Of a DNA stretch of 64,000 bases, positions 32,328 to 40,543 are shown piece after piece. The DNA comes from Deltaproteobacteria bacterium (GTDB lineage: Bacteria; Myxococcota_A; Polyangia; Fen-1088): positions 1 through 64,000 of the forward strand of contig JANRKS010000020.1 of the NCBI GenBank assembly GCA_033763315.1, written 5' to 3'. Both the position numbers and the translations under genes were made by a program. The notes beneath the pieces were generated by a model. That model was not told where the DNA came from. It made no database searches and saw only the letters and a program-made list of their open reading frames with translations. The first letter of the stretch is position 1. Every line of letters begins with the position of its first letter.

Positions 32328-33445
32328 CCGCACGTTGCCGGTTTCGCGACCTGGGCTTCGCGATCGGCCGCTTGCCGCCCGGCCCGGGCAACGCCATCAC
32401 AGATGTGGCTGGCGTGCGCGTGGGTCACACCACGATCATCACGGGTGAGGGCCCGCTGGTGGAAGGCAAGGGCCCCGTGCGCACGGGCGTAACCGCGATC
32501 CTTCCCCCCGATCCGATCTTCGAGAACCGCGTGCTCGCAGGGGCATTTGTGCTCAATGGCGCGGGCGAAGTGTCGGGCCTGACGCAGGTGGTGGAGTGGG
32601 GCTTGATGGAGACGCCCATCTTGCTGACCAACACGATGTCGGTGGGCAAGGTCTCCGACGCCACGGTCAAATGGATGACCAAACGTTATCCCGGCATTGG
32701 CACCGAATACGACGTGATCATTCCGCTCGTGGGTGAATGCGACGACTCATGGCTCAACGATGCGGTGGGGCGGCACGTGCGATCCGAGCATGTGTATAAG
32801 GCGATCGATCAAGCCACGGCGGGGCCGGTGGCCGAAGGCTCGGTGGGGGCAGGCACGGGTTTGATCACGTGCGATTTCAAAGCAGGCATCGGCACCAGCA
32901 GCCGCCGCGTGCCCGCTGAACGTGGGCACTACACGTTGGGGGTGCTCGTTCAGTCGAACTTCGGCGTGATGCGTGCGTTGCAAGTGGCTGGCGTGGCGGT
33001 GGGCGACGCTATGGCGAAAGAGTTTGCAGCGATGGGCAAACGCGTGCGCAACGCGGGCTCGATCATCTGCGTCGTGGCCACCGACGCGCCATTGTTGCCC
33101 TCGCAGATCACGCGCTTGTGCAAACGTGCCGCCTTGGGCATCGGCCGCACGGGCTCGTTCGCGGCGCACGGCTCAGGCGAGATCATCGTCGGGTTCTCCA
33201 CAGCCAACAAAGTGCCGCGCGAGAGCACGGGCATGACCACCAACTTGCACGTGTTATTGGACCCCGCGTGTGATGGTCTTTACGAGGCCGTTGTCGAATG
33301 CACCGAGGAGGCGATCATAAATGCCTTGTGTATGGCTGGCGACATGGAGGGGCAATCAGGCCACCACGCACCTGGCATCCCGCTCGATCGCCTGAGCGAA
33401 ATGCTACGCGCCCACGGATTGGGCCGCCGCGAACCGGGACTCTAG
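32324..33445 (+). CDS. dmpA: DmpA / peptidase S58 (P1) family aminopeptidase
   Basis: NAITDVAGVRVGHTT, RTGVTAILP, NGAGEVSG, EGSVGAGTG, KAGIGTSSR, autoprocessing HGSGEI; GTGA overlap with upstream gene. Confidence 0.9.
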   Translation: MTARCRFRDLGFAIGRLPPGPGNAITDVAGVRVGHTTIITGEGPLVEGKGPVRTGVTAILPPDPIFENRVLAGAFVLNGAGEVSGLTQVVEWGLMETPILLTNTMSVGKVSDATVKWMTKRYPGIGTEYDVIIPLVGECDDSWLNDAVGRHVRSEHVYKAIDQATAGPVAEGSVGAGTGLITCDFKAGIGTSSRRVPAERGHYTLGVLVQSNFGVMRALQVAGVAVGDAMAKEFAAMGKRVRNAGSIICVVATDAPLLPSQITRLCKRAALGIGRTGSFAAHGSGEIIVGFSTANKVPRESTGMTTNLHVLLDPACDGLYEAVVECTEEAIINALCMAGDMEGQSGHHAPGIPLDRLSEMLRAHGLGRREPGL

Positions 33446-33459
33446 CGCCTCGGCCCCCG

Positions 33460-33523
33460 ACGGCGGATTTTGACTCCACTCAAATTTTGCCACGGCAGAT
33501 TTTGACCTTGGTCAAATTTTGCC
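33460..33523. repeat. Two tandem 32-bp imperfect palindromes (putative operator)
   Basis: ACGGCGGATTTTGACTCCACTCAAATTTTGCC (33460-33491) and ACGGCAGATTTTGACCTTGGTCAAATTTTGCC (33492-33523). Confidence 0.85.
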
Positions 33524-33530
33524 GTACCTT
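33502..33530 (+). promoter_or_regulatory. Sigma70-type promoter overlapping the second palindrome; predicted TSS at the GTG start codon
   Basis: TTGACC-N17-TACCTT; in-frame GTG at 33537, 7 nt after the -10 element. Confidence 0.6.
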
Positions 33531-33536
33531 CATCGG

Positions 33537-34661
33537 GTGACGAAGACCACGACGAGGCGATATCTTCGGGAGCAGGTCACGAACGACCTGGCTCGCAAGA
33601 TGGTCTTTGTCGGTGGGCCCCGACAAGTTGGGAAAACGACGCTTTCACAGTCCCTGCCGGGTGGCAGGGCAGGGTACATGAATTGGGACGCGGCCGACCA
33701 TCGTGAAGCCATCCTGTCGAGGCGTTGGCCAACGTCGAAACTGTGGGTTTTCGACGAGATTCACAAGTATCGAAGTTGGCGTGGCTTGCTCAAGGGGCTT
33801 TATGACACGCGAACACCCAAGCAACAGATATTGGTGACCGGCAGTGCGAGGCTGGACCTGTACCGATACGGGGGAGATTCGCTTCAAGGCAGATACCACT
33901 TCTTGCGATTGCACCCGTTTTCGGTGGCGGAATTGGGCTTGAAGACCGAGTCTGACTTTGCCGATCTTCTGATGCTTGGCGGTTTTCCTGAACCGTTTTT
34001 GTCGGGCTCGGCCGTGCAGGCAAAGCGGTGGTCTCGCGAATATCGAACACGGCTCATCCGCGAAGACGTGGCCGACTTAGAACGCATCTCCGACCTCGGA
34101 AACCTCGAGCTGTTGATGCTTCGGCTGCCCGAGCTTGTCGGCTCGCCGCTGTCGGTAAACTCTCTCAGGGAAGACCTGCAAGTGGCCTTCAAGACAGCTG
34201 AGTCTTGGATCTCGGTGCTAGAGCGCATGTACGCCGTGTTCCGCTTGCCACCTTTCGGCGCGCCCAAACTGCGCGCCGTTCGAAAGGAACAGAAGCTTTA
34301 TCATTTCGACTGGAGCCTCATTCCCTCGCCAGGACCACGCCTCGAGAATCTGGTCGCGTGTCACCTACTGAAGTGGGTTCACCATCAACAGGACACACAA
34401 GGGCGGGAGCTGGAGCTTCGTTATTTCCGCGATCGCGATGGGCGCGAGGTGGATTTTGTGGTCACGGAAGCTCGCAAACCCATTCTGTTCGTTGAGGCGA
34501 AAGTGTCCTCCGGTGCGCTTGACCGCAACCTCGCCTATTTGGCGGGCAAATTTCCGGGAGTACGGGCGTTTCAGGTAAGTGGCACAGGAACGGCCGACCA
34601 CCTAACGGATCACGGCATTCGCGTTTGCCCGGCCCGAACGTTTCTATCGACCTTGGTGTGA
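33537..34661 (+). CDS. AAA+ ATPase (AAA_14) with DUF4143 / PD-(D/E)xK-like C-terminus
   Basis: GPRQVGKTT, VFDEIH, VTGSA, SLQGRY, GGFPE, KLYHFD, REVDFVV...VEAK. Confidence 0.92.
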   Translation: MTKTTTRRYLREQVTNDLARKMVFVGGPRQVGKTTLSQSLPGGRAGYMNWDAADHREAILSRRWPTSKLWVFDEIHKYRSWRGLLKGLYDTRTPKQQILVTGSARLDLYRYGGDSLQGRYHFLRLHPFSVAELGLKTESDFADLLMLGGFPEPFLSGSAVQAKRWSREYRTRLIREDVADLERISDLGNLELLMLRLPELVGSPLSVNSLREDLQVAFKTAESWISVLERMYAVFRLPPFGAPKLRAVRKEQKLYHFDWSLIPSPGPRLENLVACHLLKWVHHQQDTQGRELELRYFRDRDGREVDFVVTEARKPILFVEAKVSSGALDRNLAYLAGKFPGVRAFQVSGTGTADHLTDHGIRVCPARTFLSTLV

Positions 34662-34689
34662 CATAGCGGCAATGGTCGCGCCGCTGTCG

Positions 34690-34803
34690 TTACTTCTTGA
34701 AGGCCGGGGCCATCGTGATCAAGGTAATGGCGCCAAAGAAGGCGATGATTCCCACGGTCATGAGCCAGGTCAACGGAACGATGGTTGGTGCGTAGATAGA
34801 CAT
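34690..34803 (-). CDS. Small single-pass membrane protein (37 aa)
   Basis: GAAGG RBS before ATG 34803; MSIYAPTIVPLTWLMTVGIIAFFGAITLITMAPAFKK; GC-rich third codon positions. Confidence 0.5.
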   Translation of the reverse strand: MSIYAPTIVPLTWLMTVGIIAFFGAITLITMAPAFKK

Positions 34804-34939
34804 GGTTACCTTCAGAAGTGGCGGTACCATACCAGACTTGGCGGCTGTCGCTGGCCCGAAAACCTGAAACAACGCGAGGCAAAATGGTGGGCCTTTCCCG
34901 CCTGGCGTCAGCGGCGAATGGGCCCTTGGCTGCCTCGGT

Positions 34940-35599
34940 TCAGCGGCGTTTGCGCGCGGCGGCCCGGCTGATGGTCACCTTGGTCAAGGTCACCGGGGTG
35001 CGCGGGCGATCGTTCATGTCCCGCGGGCCTTTGGCGATTTCCCGCACCACCTTGGCTGGTTTGCATTCCCCGAAGATGGTGTAGGCGCCATTGAGATGGT
35101 TGGCGGCCGCCTCCGTGATGAAGAACTGCGCGCTGTTGGTGTCGGGGCCGTAATTCGCCATCCCCAACAAGCCAGGACGGTTGAACTTGAGCTTTGGCGA
35201 ATGTTCGTTCGGGATGCGGTAGCCGGCCTCGCCTGATCCTTTGCCTGAAAAGTCGCCCGTTTGCACCATGAAGCCCGGGATTACGCGGTGAAACAGCAAT
35301 CCGTCGTAGTAAGGGCGCTTTTCCCACTGGTGCGTTCGAGGGTTCAAAAACGAGCGCAAGCCGCGCGCCAACCCGACGAAGTTCGCCACAGTGATCGGTG
35401 ATTCCTTCTCAAACAGTCGACAATCGAGTTGTCCTTTAGACGTGTCTAAGACGGCCGTCAGGGGCCCTTGGCCTTCGAGGCCCGCGGTTGCCTCCTCAAG
35501 CGTGAAGTGCCCTTCATGCGGATCCTTCTCCGCGGCTCCCGCCGGCGCCGCGCACAAATAAAGGGTCAAGCTCCAAACACTCAAGGTGAGATGTCGCAC
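34940..35599 (-). CDS. Exported cyclophilin-type peptidyl-prolyl cis-trans isomerase
   Basis: PITVANFVGLA, FHRVIPGFMVQTGD, MANYGPDTNSAQFFIT, YTIFG; signal peptide. Confidence 0.93.
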   Translation of the reverse strand: MRHLTLSVWSLTLYLCAAPAGAAEKDPHEGHFTLEEATAGLEGQGPLTAVLDTSKGQLDCRLFEKESPITVANFVGLARGLRSFLNPRTHQWEKRPYYDGLLFHRVIPGFMVQTGDFSGKGSGEAGYRIPNEHSPKLKFNRPGLLGMANYGPDTNSAQFFITEAAANHLNGAYTIFGECKPAKVVREIAKGPRDMNDRPRTPVTLTKVTISRAAARKRR

Positions 35600-35629
35600 A
35601 GCACATACATATCACCAACTTGGTGACCG

Positions 35630-36910
35630 GTGCAGGGGCCTTACCCTTTGACCAAAAGCCGCGAAATGAATTACGCTCGGATCTTCGTGAGGCATACACT
35701 GTGGCCGGGCGCACCGGAAGAAAGTGGAGAGGGCGCGGTTCCCCAAGCGGTTCGTTTGGAGGAGCCCTCGGTTCCCAACCCTCCCACTCCACCCGGGCCG
35801 ATCCTCACAGTTTCGTCGGAAGAGATCAGCCGCTTTTTTGTGCGCGCCCGGCGCGATCAGGATTGGGAGCGATGGGACATTCGATTGGACGCGGCTCTGC
35901 GTGAAATTCTCGAGCGCGCCAACGACTTTGTACCTTCTGAATCCGGAGGGATCCTCCTTGACGATCCACGGGCAAAGCTGGCCGGTGTTCAAACGCCGCG
36001 TCTGACGTTCATCGCGGTGTACGGGCCTGCGTCGTCTGAGCGTCTGGGCCGGCGCATTCCCTCTGATCGCGGTTTCGTTGGTGAGGTTTACCGCACCGGT
36101 GCGCCTCGCAGTGGCGTGCGTTTGGGCTTTGAAGATCCCATCACGATCTTGTGCCCCCCAAGAGGCACAAGCAAGCCCGCCGTGGATTCGATCATTGGCG
36201 TGCCCGTCATTGTTGGCGAATCAATTTGCGGTGTGCTCACGCTTGTGAACCGCCGATCGGGTGGGCCCTACACCGCGCGCGATGGCGAGCTGTTGCGCAT
36301 CTTTGCGGCGTATATGTCGTCGTCGATTCAAAACGCTTTGGACGCGATCCGCGCGCGCGCCTTGTCGCGGCTTGATCACTTAACGGGCCTGTTCAACAGC
36401 CGCTATTTTCACGTGCGTTTGCAAGATGAGATCGTGCGCTGCGACCGCGATGGCTCGAACTTGTGTGTGTTGTTCATCGACCTCGACAACTTTAAGGTGA
36501 TCAACGATCGTTACGGCCACTTGGCTGGCAGTTGGTCGCTGCGTGAAGTGGCCCGCGTGCTGTCTGAGAAGGTGCCTGCCGCTTCCATTTTGGCTCGCTA
36601 TGGCGGTGATGAATTCGCCGTGTTGTTGCCGGGCAGCGATTTGCCGCATGCATGCCGCGCGGCCGAAGAGCTGCGGCAGGGGATTTGCGATTTGGCTTTG
36701 TTCGACACCGAAACGGACGCGCACGGGCCGGGCATGCGGTTGCCGTCCGTTCAATGCTCGATCGGCGTGGCTTCATATCGCGATCATTTGGGGCCCGGCG
36801 GCACCAAACGCCGACGTGAAAACGTGCTGTTGAGGCTGGCAGACGCGGCCATGTACAAGGCGAAAGCTTCGGGGCGCAACCGCGTGGAAGTGGCCGACGG
36901 CGAAGACTGA
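35630..36910 (+). CDS. GAF-GGDEF diguanylate cyclase (true start may be somewhat downstream)
   Basis: GAF domain, DHLTGLFN, DLDNFKVINDRYGHLAG, RYGGDEF, ADAAMYKAKASGRN. Confidence 0.93.
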   Translation: MQGPYPLTKSREMNYARIFVRHTLWPGAPEESGEGAVPQAVRLEEPSVPNPPTPPGPILTVSSEEISRFFVRARRDQDWERWDIRLDAALREILERANDFVPSESGGILLDDPRAKLAGVQTPRLTFIAVYGPASSERLGRRIPSDRGFVGEVYRTGAPRSGVRLGFEDPITILCPPRGTSKPAVDSIIGVPVIVGESICGVLTLVNRRSGGPYTARDGELLRIFAAYMSSSIQNALDAIRARALSRLDHLTGLFNSRYFHVRLQDEIVRCDRDGSNLCVLFIDLDNFKVINDRYGHLAGSWSLREVARVLSEKVPAASILARYGGDEFAVLLPGSDLPHACRAAEELRQGICDLALFDTETDAHGPGMRLPSVQCSIGVASYRDHLGPGGTKRRRENVLLRLADAAMYKAKASGRNRVEVADGED

Positions 36911-36925
36911 CGCTAAACACCGGAT

Positions 36926-37552
36926 GTGAAACGCGCATCCGTTCGTTGGGCCGTGGTCTCGTTGGTGTTTGCTTTGGCGGCCTGCCGCTCGAAGCCGCGG
37001 CTTTTGCCGGCCGACAAAATTTTGGCTGAATTGCGCGGCGGCGACGGGCATCTGCTGTTGCAGGTGGGGCCGAGCGGCGACAACTTCGGCGACGAACGCT
37101 TGGGTTGGTATGGAGGGCCTGAGCAAGGTGGAACCTTGCAGCGGTTGCCGGGGCAAGCCGGTTCCGTCTCCGTCGACAACACGCACCTCACTTTGCGGCG
37201 CGCTGACAATGGCGATCTCGCCATGACCTCCAACGCGCAGTTGCGGCTCACCGTCGATCGCCGCGGTGATACCTTGCGGGTTGGCAACGGCGAGGGCTTT
37301 CCTTTGGCACGCATCCGCCTCGAAGGCGACGTGGCGCGCATGCATGGCCCCGGGGGCGAGTTGCAGGCCAGCGCAAAGCAAGAAGGCGGTCGCATCGTTG
37401 TGATGGACCGCGAAAACAAACCTTTGGGATATCTGACGGGATCGTTGGGCCCCGAGCAAGCGCTGCTTGCGTTTTTGCCCAACCTTGCTCCCGTTGAACA
37501 AGCGCTGCTGTTGGTCACCCCGGTGCCCGCGGTTAAAGCCGTGAAGCCTTAA
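36926..37552 (+). CDS. Hypothetical beta-rich lipoprotein
   Basis: Lipobox LAAC; 15 nt downstream of the cyclase on the same strand. Confidence 0.65.
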   Translation: MKRASVRWAVVSLVFALAACRSKPRLLPADKILAELRGGDGHLLLQVGPSGDNFGDERLGWYGGPEQGGTLQRLPGQAGSVSVDNTHLTLRRADNGDLAMTSNAQLRLTVDRRGDTLRVGNGEGFPLARIRLEGDVARMHGPGGELQASAKQEGGRIVVMDRENKPLGYLTGSLGPEQALLAFLPNLAPVEQALLLVTPVPAVKAVKP

Positions 37553-37580
37553 CCGCAGGCAGGGGTGTATGTGCCGTCGC

Positions 37581-37793
37581 CTAGCTTTCGCCAGGTCGAC
37601 GGGCTAAGGCTTGCCGGAGGATGCGCTCGGCCAGTTGTTCGGGTTGCACCCGATACCGACCAGCGACCACCAGCCGCCGTAGGTCTTCGACTCGTGACGC
37701 CCGCGCGATGTCTTCGCCAGACTGCGCCGAGAGGAAAGACTGTTTGTTGCCCGCCGCCGCCCGCCGTGATGTGAGCCTACCTGTGCCCTTCAT
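37581..37793 (-). CDS. flgM: Anti-sigma28 factor FlgM (short)
   Basis: C-terminal FlgM signature RASRVEDLRRLVVAGRYRVQPEQLAERIL; directly downstream of fliA; start probably ATG 37793 because ATG 37805 lies inside the promoter. Confidence 0.8.
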   Translation of the reverse strand: MKGTGRLTSRRAAAGNKQSFLSAQSGEDIARASRVEDLRRLVVAGRYRVQPEQLAERILRQALARRPGES

Positions 37794-37801
37794 GTACATG
37801 G

Positions 37802-37829
37802 ACATCGGTGCACGCCCTGCGGGTCTTAA
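37802..37829 (-). promoter_or_regulatory. Candidate sigma28 promoter of flgM
   Basis: TTAAG-N15-ACCGATGT on the minus strand; flgM is a classical sigma28 target. Confidence 0.7.
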
Positions 37830-37950
37830 GGAAAAAAAGCAACTTTTTGAAAACGGAAAAGAAACCGCGGAGTTACAACTCCCGGTTGGCCCCTTTCCCG
37901 AGCCTTCGCCGCCGTGCCTGCGGGCACCGACTGCGCGATTTGGGGGCGCC

Positions 37951-38976
37951 TTAGGCGGCGGCCTCTTCCAAATCCGTCAACGTCTCACGCAGGCGGCGCG
38001 TGGCCTCACCGTGGATCTGGCACACGCGGCTTTCCGTCACGCCAAGCACAGTGCCAATCTCTTTCAAATTCAAATTCTCAATGTAGTAGAGCGAGAGCAC
38101 CTGTTGCATCTTGTCGGGCAAGCGGCCAATGCCCTGCACAAGGCGGCCCAGCGTTTCCCGGTGTGAGGTGAGCTCAAAGGGATCTGGTGAAGTCTCGTCA
38201 CACGTGCGCTCAAGGAAGTCGGGGCCCGCATCGTCGATGCCCACAACCGAAGAGCCTGAAAGCTTCTGTTGGCGCGCGTAAAGCTCTTCAACGTCAACGC
38301 CTAATGTGTTGGCCAATTCTTGTTGATCGGGCGTGCGACCCAGCTGCGATTCAAGCTTGCGGGTGGCTTCGCGCAGCTCGTTTGAGAGGCGGCGCATGTC
38401 ACGCGAGAGCGTGTCGCGCGAGCGCAGATCGTCAAGCATGGCGCCGCGGATGCGGAACTCGGCGAAGGCTTCAAAACGGTCAACGCGGTTTGGATCGAAA
38501 CGTTCCGCAGCCTCCATCAAACCAATCACGCCCGAGGAAACAAGATCGTCAATCTCCACGTGGGCCGGCAAGCGGCGCGCCAAACGACGTGCAACTTTCT
38601 CGATGTAAGGGAAGAATTGAGCGGCGTATTGACGGCGTTTTTCAGCCAAGGCTTCAGCCGCGGTTTGTACGGGAGCGGCAGCCGCGCGCTTGGGCTTCTT
38701 GCGCTCACCGGCCTGCAGTTCGGTTTGCTTGACCGTCACATCAACGGCGGCGGCTTTGCTGCTGGTGGCTTTGGCAGGCGTCTTGGTCTTTTCGGCAACC
38801 GTCTTGACGGCTTTGGCAGGCGACTTCTCCGCGGGCTTGGTGGCCACAGCCTTTGTGGCAGGTTTAGCGACAGTGGCCTTCACACTTGTTTTGGTGGCGG
38901 CGGGCGCTTTGGTGTTGGCAACTTTGACGGTGGTGGCTTTGCTGACGGGAGGCTTGCGGGTTTGCACGGTGGCCAT
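37951..38976 (-). CDS. fliA: FliA/WhiG-family sigma28 factor with Lys/Ala/Thr-rich N-terminal extension
   Basis: RLPAHVEIDDLVSSGVIGLMEAAERFDP, FRIRGAMLDDLR, LYYIENLNLKEIGTVLGVTESRVCQIH. Confidence 0.93.
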   Translation of the reverse strand: MATVQTRKPPVSKATTVKVANTKAPAATKTSVKATVAKPATKAVATKPAEKSPAKAVKTVAEKTKTPAKATSSKAAAVDVTVKQTELQAGERKKPKRAAAAPVQTAAEALAEKRRQYAAQFFPYIEKVARRLARRLPAHVEIDDLVSSGVIGLMEAAERFDPNRVDRFEAFAEFRIRGAMLDDLRSRDTLSRDMRRLSNELREATRKLESQLGRTPDQQELANTLGVDVEELYARQQKLSGSSVVGIDDAGPDFLERTCDETSPDPFELTSHRETLGRLVQGIGRLPDKMQQVLSLYYIENLNLKEIGTVLGVTESRVCQIHGEATRRLRETLTDLEEAAA

Positions 38977-38988
38977 GCGGGGAATAAG

Positions 38989-39004
38989 TGCACGGCACGT
39001 GCCA
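38989..39004 (-). promoter_or_regulatory. Sigma54 (-24/-12) promoter of fliA
   Basis: TGGCACG-TGCC-GTGCA with exact GG-N10-GC spacing, 12 nt before the ATG. Confidence 0.78.
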
Positions 39005-39065
39005 GATTTGCGGCGACGGAAAATCGAGGACTTGCTGAACTGTCGCTACGAAAACCGTCGTAAAC

Positions 39066-39118
39066 CGTCAGTGGGATGACGATCTCTGTCAGCTGACGCC
39101 GCCAACCGGTTGACGGCG
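39066..39118. promoter_or_regulatory. Candidate upstream activator sites for the FleQ-like activator
   Basis: CGTCA-GTGGGA-TGACG (39066-39081) and CGCCGCCAACCGGTTGACGGCG (39097-39118); both fit the GTCA-N6-TGAC FleQ-box geometry, about 90-140 bp upstream of the sigma54 promoter TSS. Confidence 0.55.
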
Positions 39119-39184
39119 TTGCGTTCGCTGACACGTTTCCCATGAGCCGCCGACATGGCTCCAAAAGTAGGAGATTTGCACGAC

Positions 39185-40531
39185 TTAAGCGACGTTACGT
39201 CGGCGCAGTTTTTCGACCAATGTGGTGCGGTTCAATCCCAAAAGTTCTGCCGCACGGTTCTTGTTGCCGCCCGTTCGCTTGAGCGCTTGGCCAATCAAAC
39301 GATCTTCAAGTTGCGAAAGCAGCAAGCGCAGGTCCACGCCTGTGGCGGGCAAATCAAGCGGCGTGTTGGCGAGATCCAAAACGCTCATCCGCAGGTTGGG
39401 CGGCAGATCTTCAAGCGTGATGAACGGGTGGGAGGCCACGATCACCAGACGCTCAACCACATTGGCCAGCTGGCGCACGTTGCCCGGCCACTCATAGCCG
39501 CGCAGACGATCCATGACCTCGCCATCAAAGCCCGAGACGTTGCGGCTGTGGCGGGCGTTCATCTCCATCCGGAAGTGATCCGCCAAACGCGGGATGTCCT
39601 CGGGCCGCTCGCGCAGGGGCGGCATCTCGATCGGAATCACATCCAGTCTGTAAAACAGGTCTTCGCGGAAATCGCCGTCGCGCACCATCTGCTCAAGGTT
39701 GCGATGGGTGGCGGCAATGATGCGCACATTGACGGAGGTGTGATCGTTTCCGCCCAACGGCTGCACCACGCGATCTTGCAGCACGCGCAACACCTTGGCC
39801 TGCAGCGCCTTCGACATGTCGCCGATCTCGTCGAGAAACAGCGTGCCGCCGTCAGCGCTCGCGATCTTGCCTTCGCGGCTGCGGTCAGCGCCCGTGAACG
39901 CTCCACGCACGTGACCGAGCAGCTCTGACTCCGCCAACGCTTCGGGGATGGCGGCCATGTTGACGGCCACGAACGGCCCGGCCCGGCGTTGGCTGGCGGC
40001 GTGGATCAAGCGGGCCACAACTTCCTTGCCCGTGCCTGTCTCGCCGCGAATCAGTACGCTGGCATCGGTGTTCGCCACTTGTTCGATGCGTTCAAGCACC
40101 AGGCGTATGGCGGGGTGCTCGCCAACCAACGCCGCACCCTGCGTGGGACGCCAACCATTGACGGGCAACGTGGCGTCCAGGAACCTCACCACGGCCGCTT
40201 CAACCGCCTTGGGAGAAAACGGCTTGGCCACGAAGTCTAGGGCGCCTGCACGCAGCGCTGCCACGGCCTGGCGAATCGTTCCCGGACCGGAACTCACAAT
40301 CACCGGCACAATGGGTTGGCACCGCAGAGCCGCTTGCAGGATTGCGAAGCTGTCGATGGCCTCGGTCCCTAAGCTGGGAATGCAAAGGTCTGGTGGCGCG
40401 TCTTGCAGGGCCATCAAAGCGGTCTCGCCATCGCTGGCGTGCGACACAATGTAGCCGCGTTCAGCCAGGATCTGGCCCAGCTGTTCACGCGCGTTCTGGT
40501 CGTCATCGACGACAAGGATCGTTTTGCCCAT
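39185..40531 (-). CDS. Sigma54-dependent enhancer-binding protein of the FleQ/FlrA/FgrM type with atypical receiver
   Basis: GETGTGKE, GAFTGA, LFLDEIGD, FREDLFYRL, WPGNVRQL, HTH LGLNRTTLVEKLRR (TTLVEK is typical of FleQ/FlrA); start ATG 40531. Confidence 0.88.
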   Translation of the reverse strand: MGKTILVVDDDQNAREQLGQILAERGYIVSHASDGETALMALQDAPPDLCIPSLGTEAIDSFAILQAALRCQPIVPVIVSSGPGTIRQAVAALRAGALDFVAKPFSPKAVEAAVVRFLDATLPVNGWRPTQGAALVGEHPAIRLVLERIEQVANTDASVLIRGETGTGKEVVARLIHAASQRRAGPFVAVNMAAIPEALAESELLGHVRGAFTGADRSREGKIASADGGTLFLDEIGDMSKALQAKVLRVLQDRVVQPLGGNDHTSVNVRIIAATHRNLEQMVRDGDFREDLFYRLDVIPIEMPPLRERPEDIPRLADHFRMEMNARHSRNVSGFDGEVMDRLRGYEWPGNVRQLANVVERLVIVASHPFITLEDLPPNLRMSVLDLANTPLDLPATGVDLRLLLSQLEDRLIGQALKRTGGNKNRAAELLGLNRTTLVEKLRRRNVA

Positions 40532-40543
40532 TGGCTTACGTTT

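Noticed and set aside
33460-33523. 32-bp repeats as a CRISPR array or transposon end
   Set aside because: Only two units, no spacer, no cas or transposase gene; better explained as an operator
39185-40531. FleQ-style c-di-GMP binding by the activator
   Set aside because: The P. aeruginosa FleQ motifs LFRS and ExxxR are not evident (QGAALVG, DHFRME) and RN reads RL
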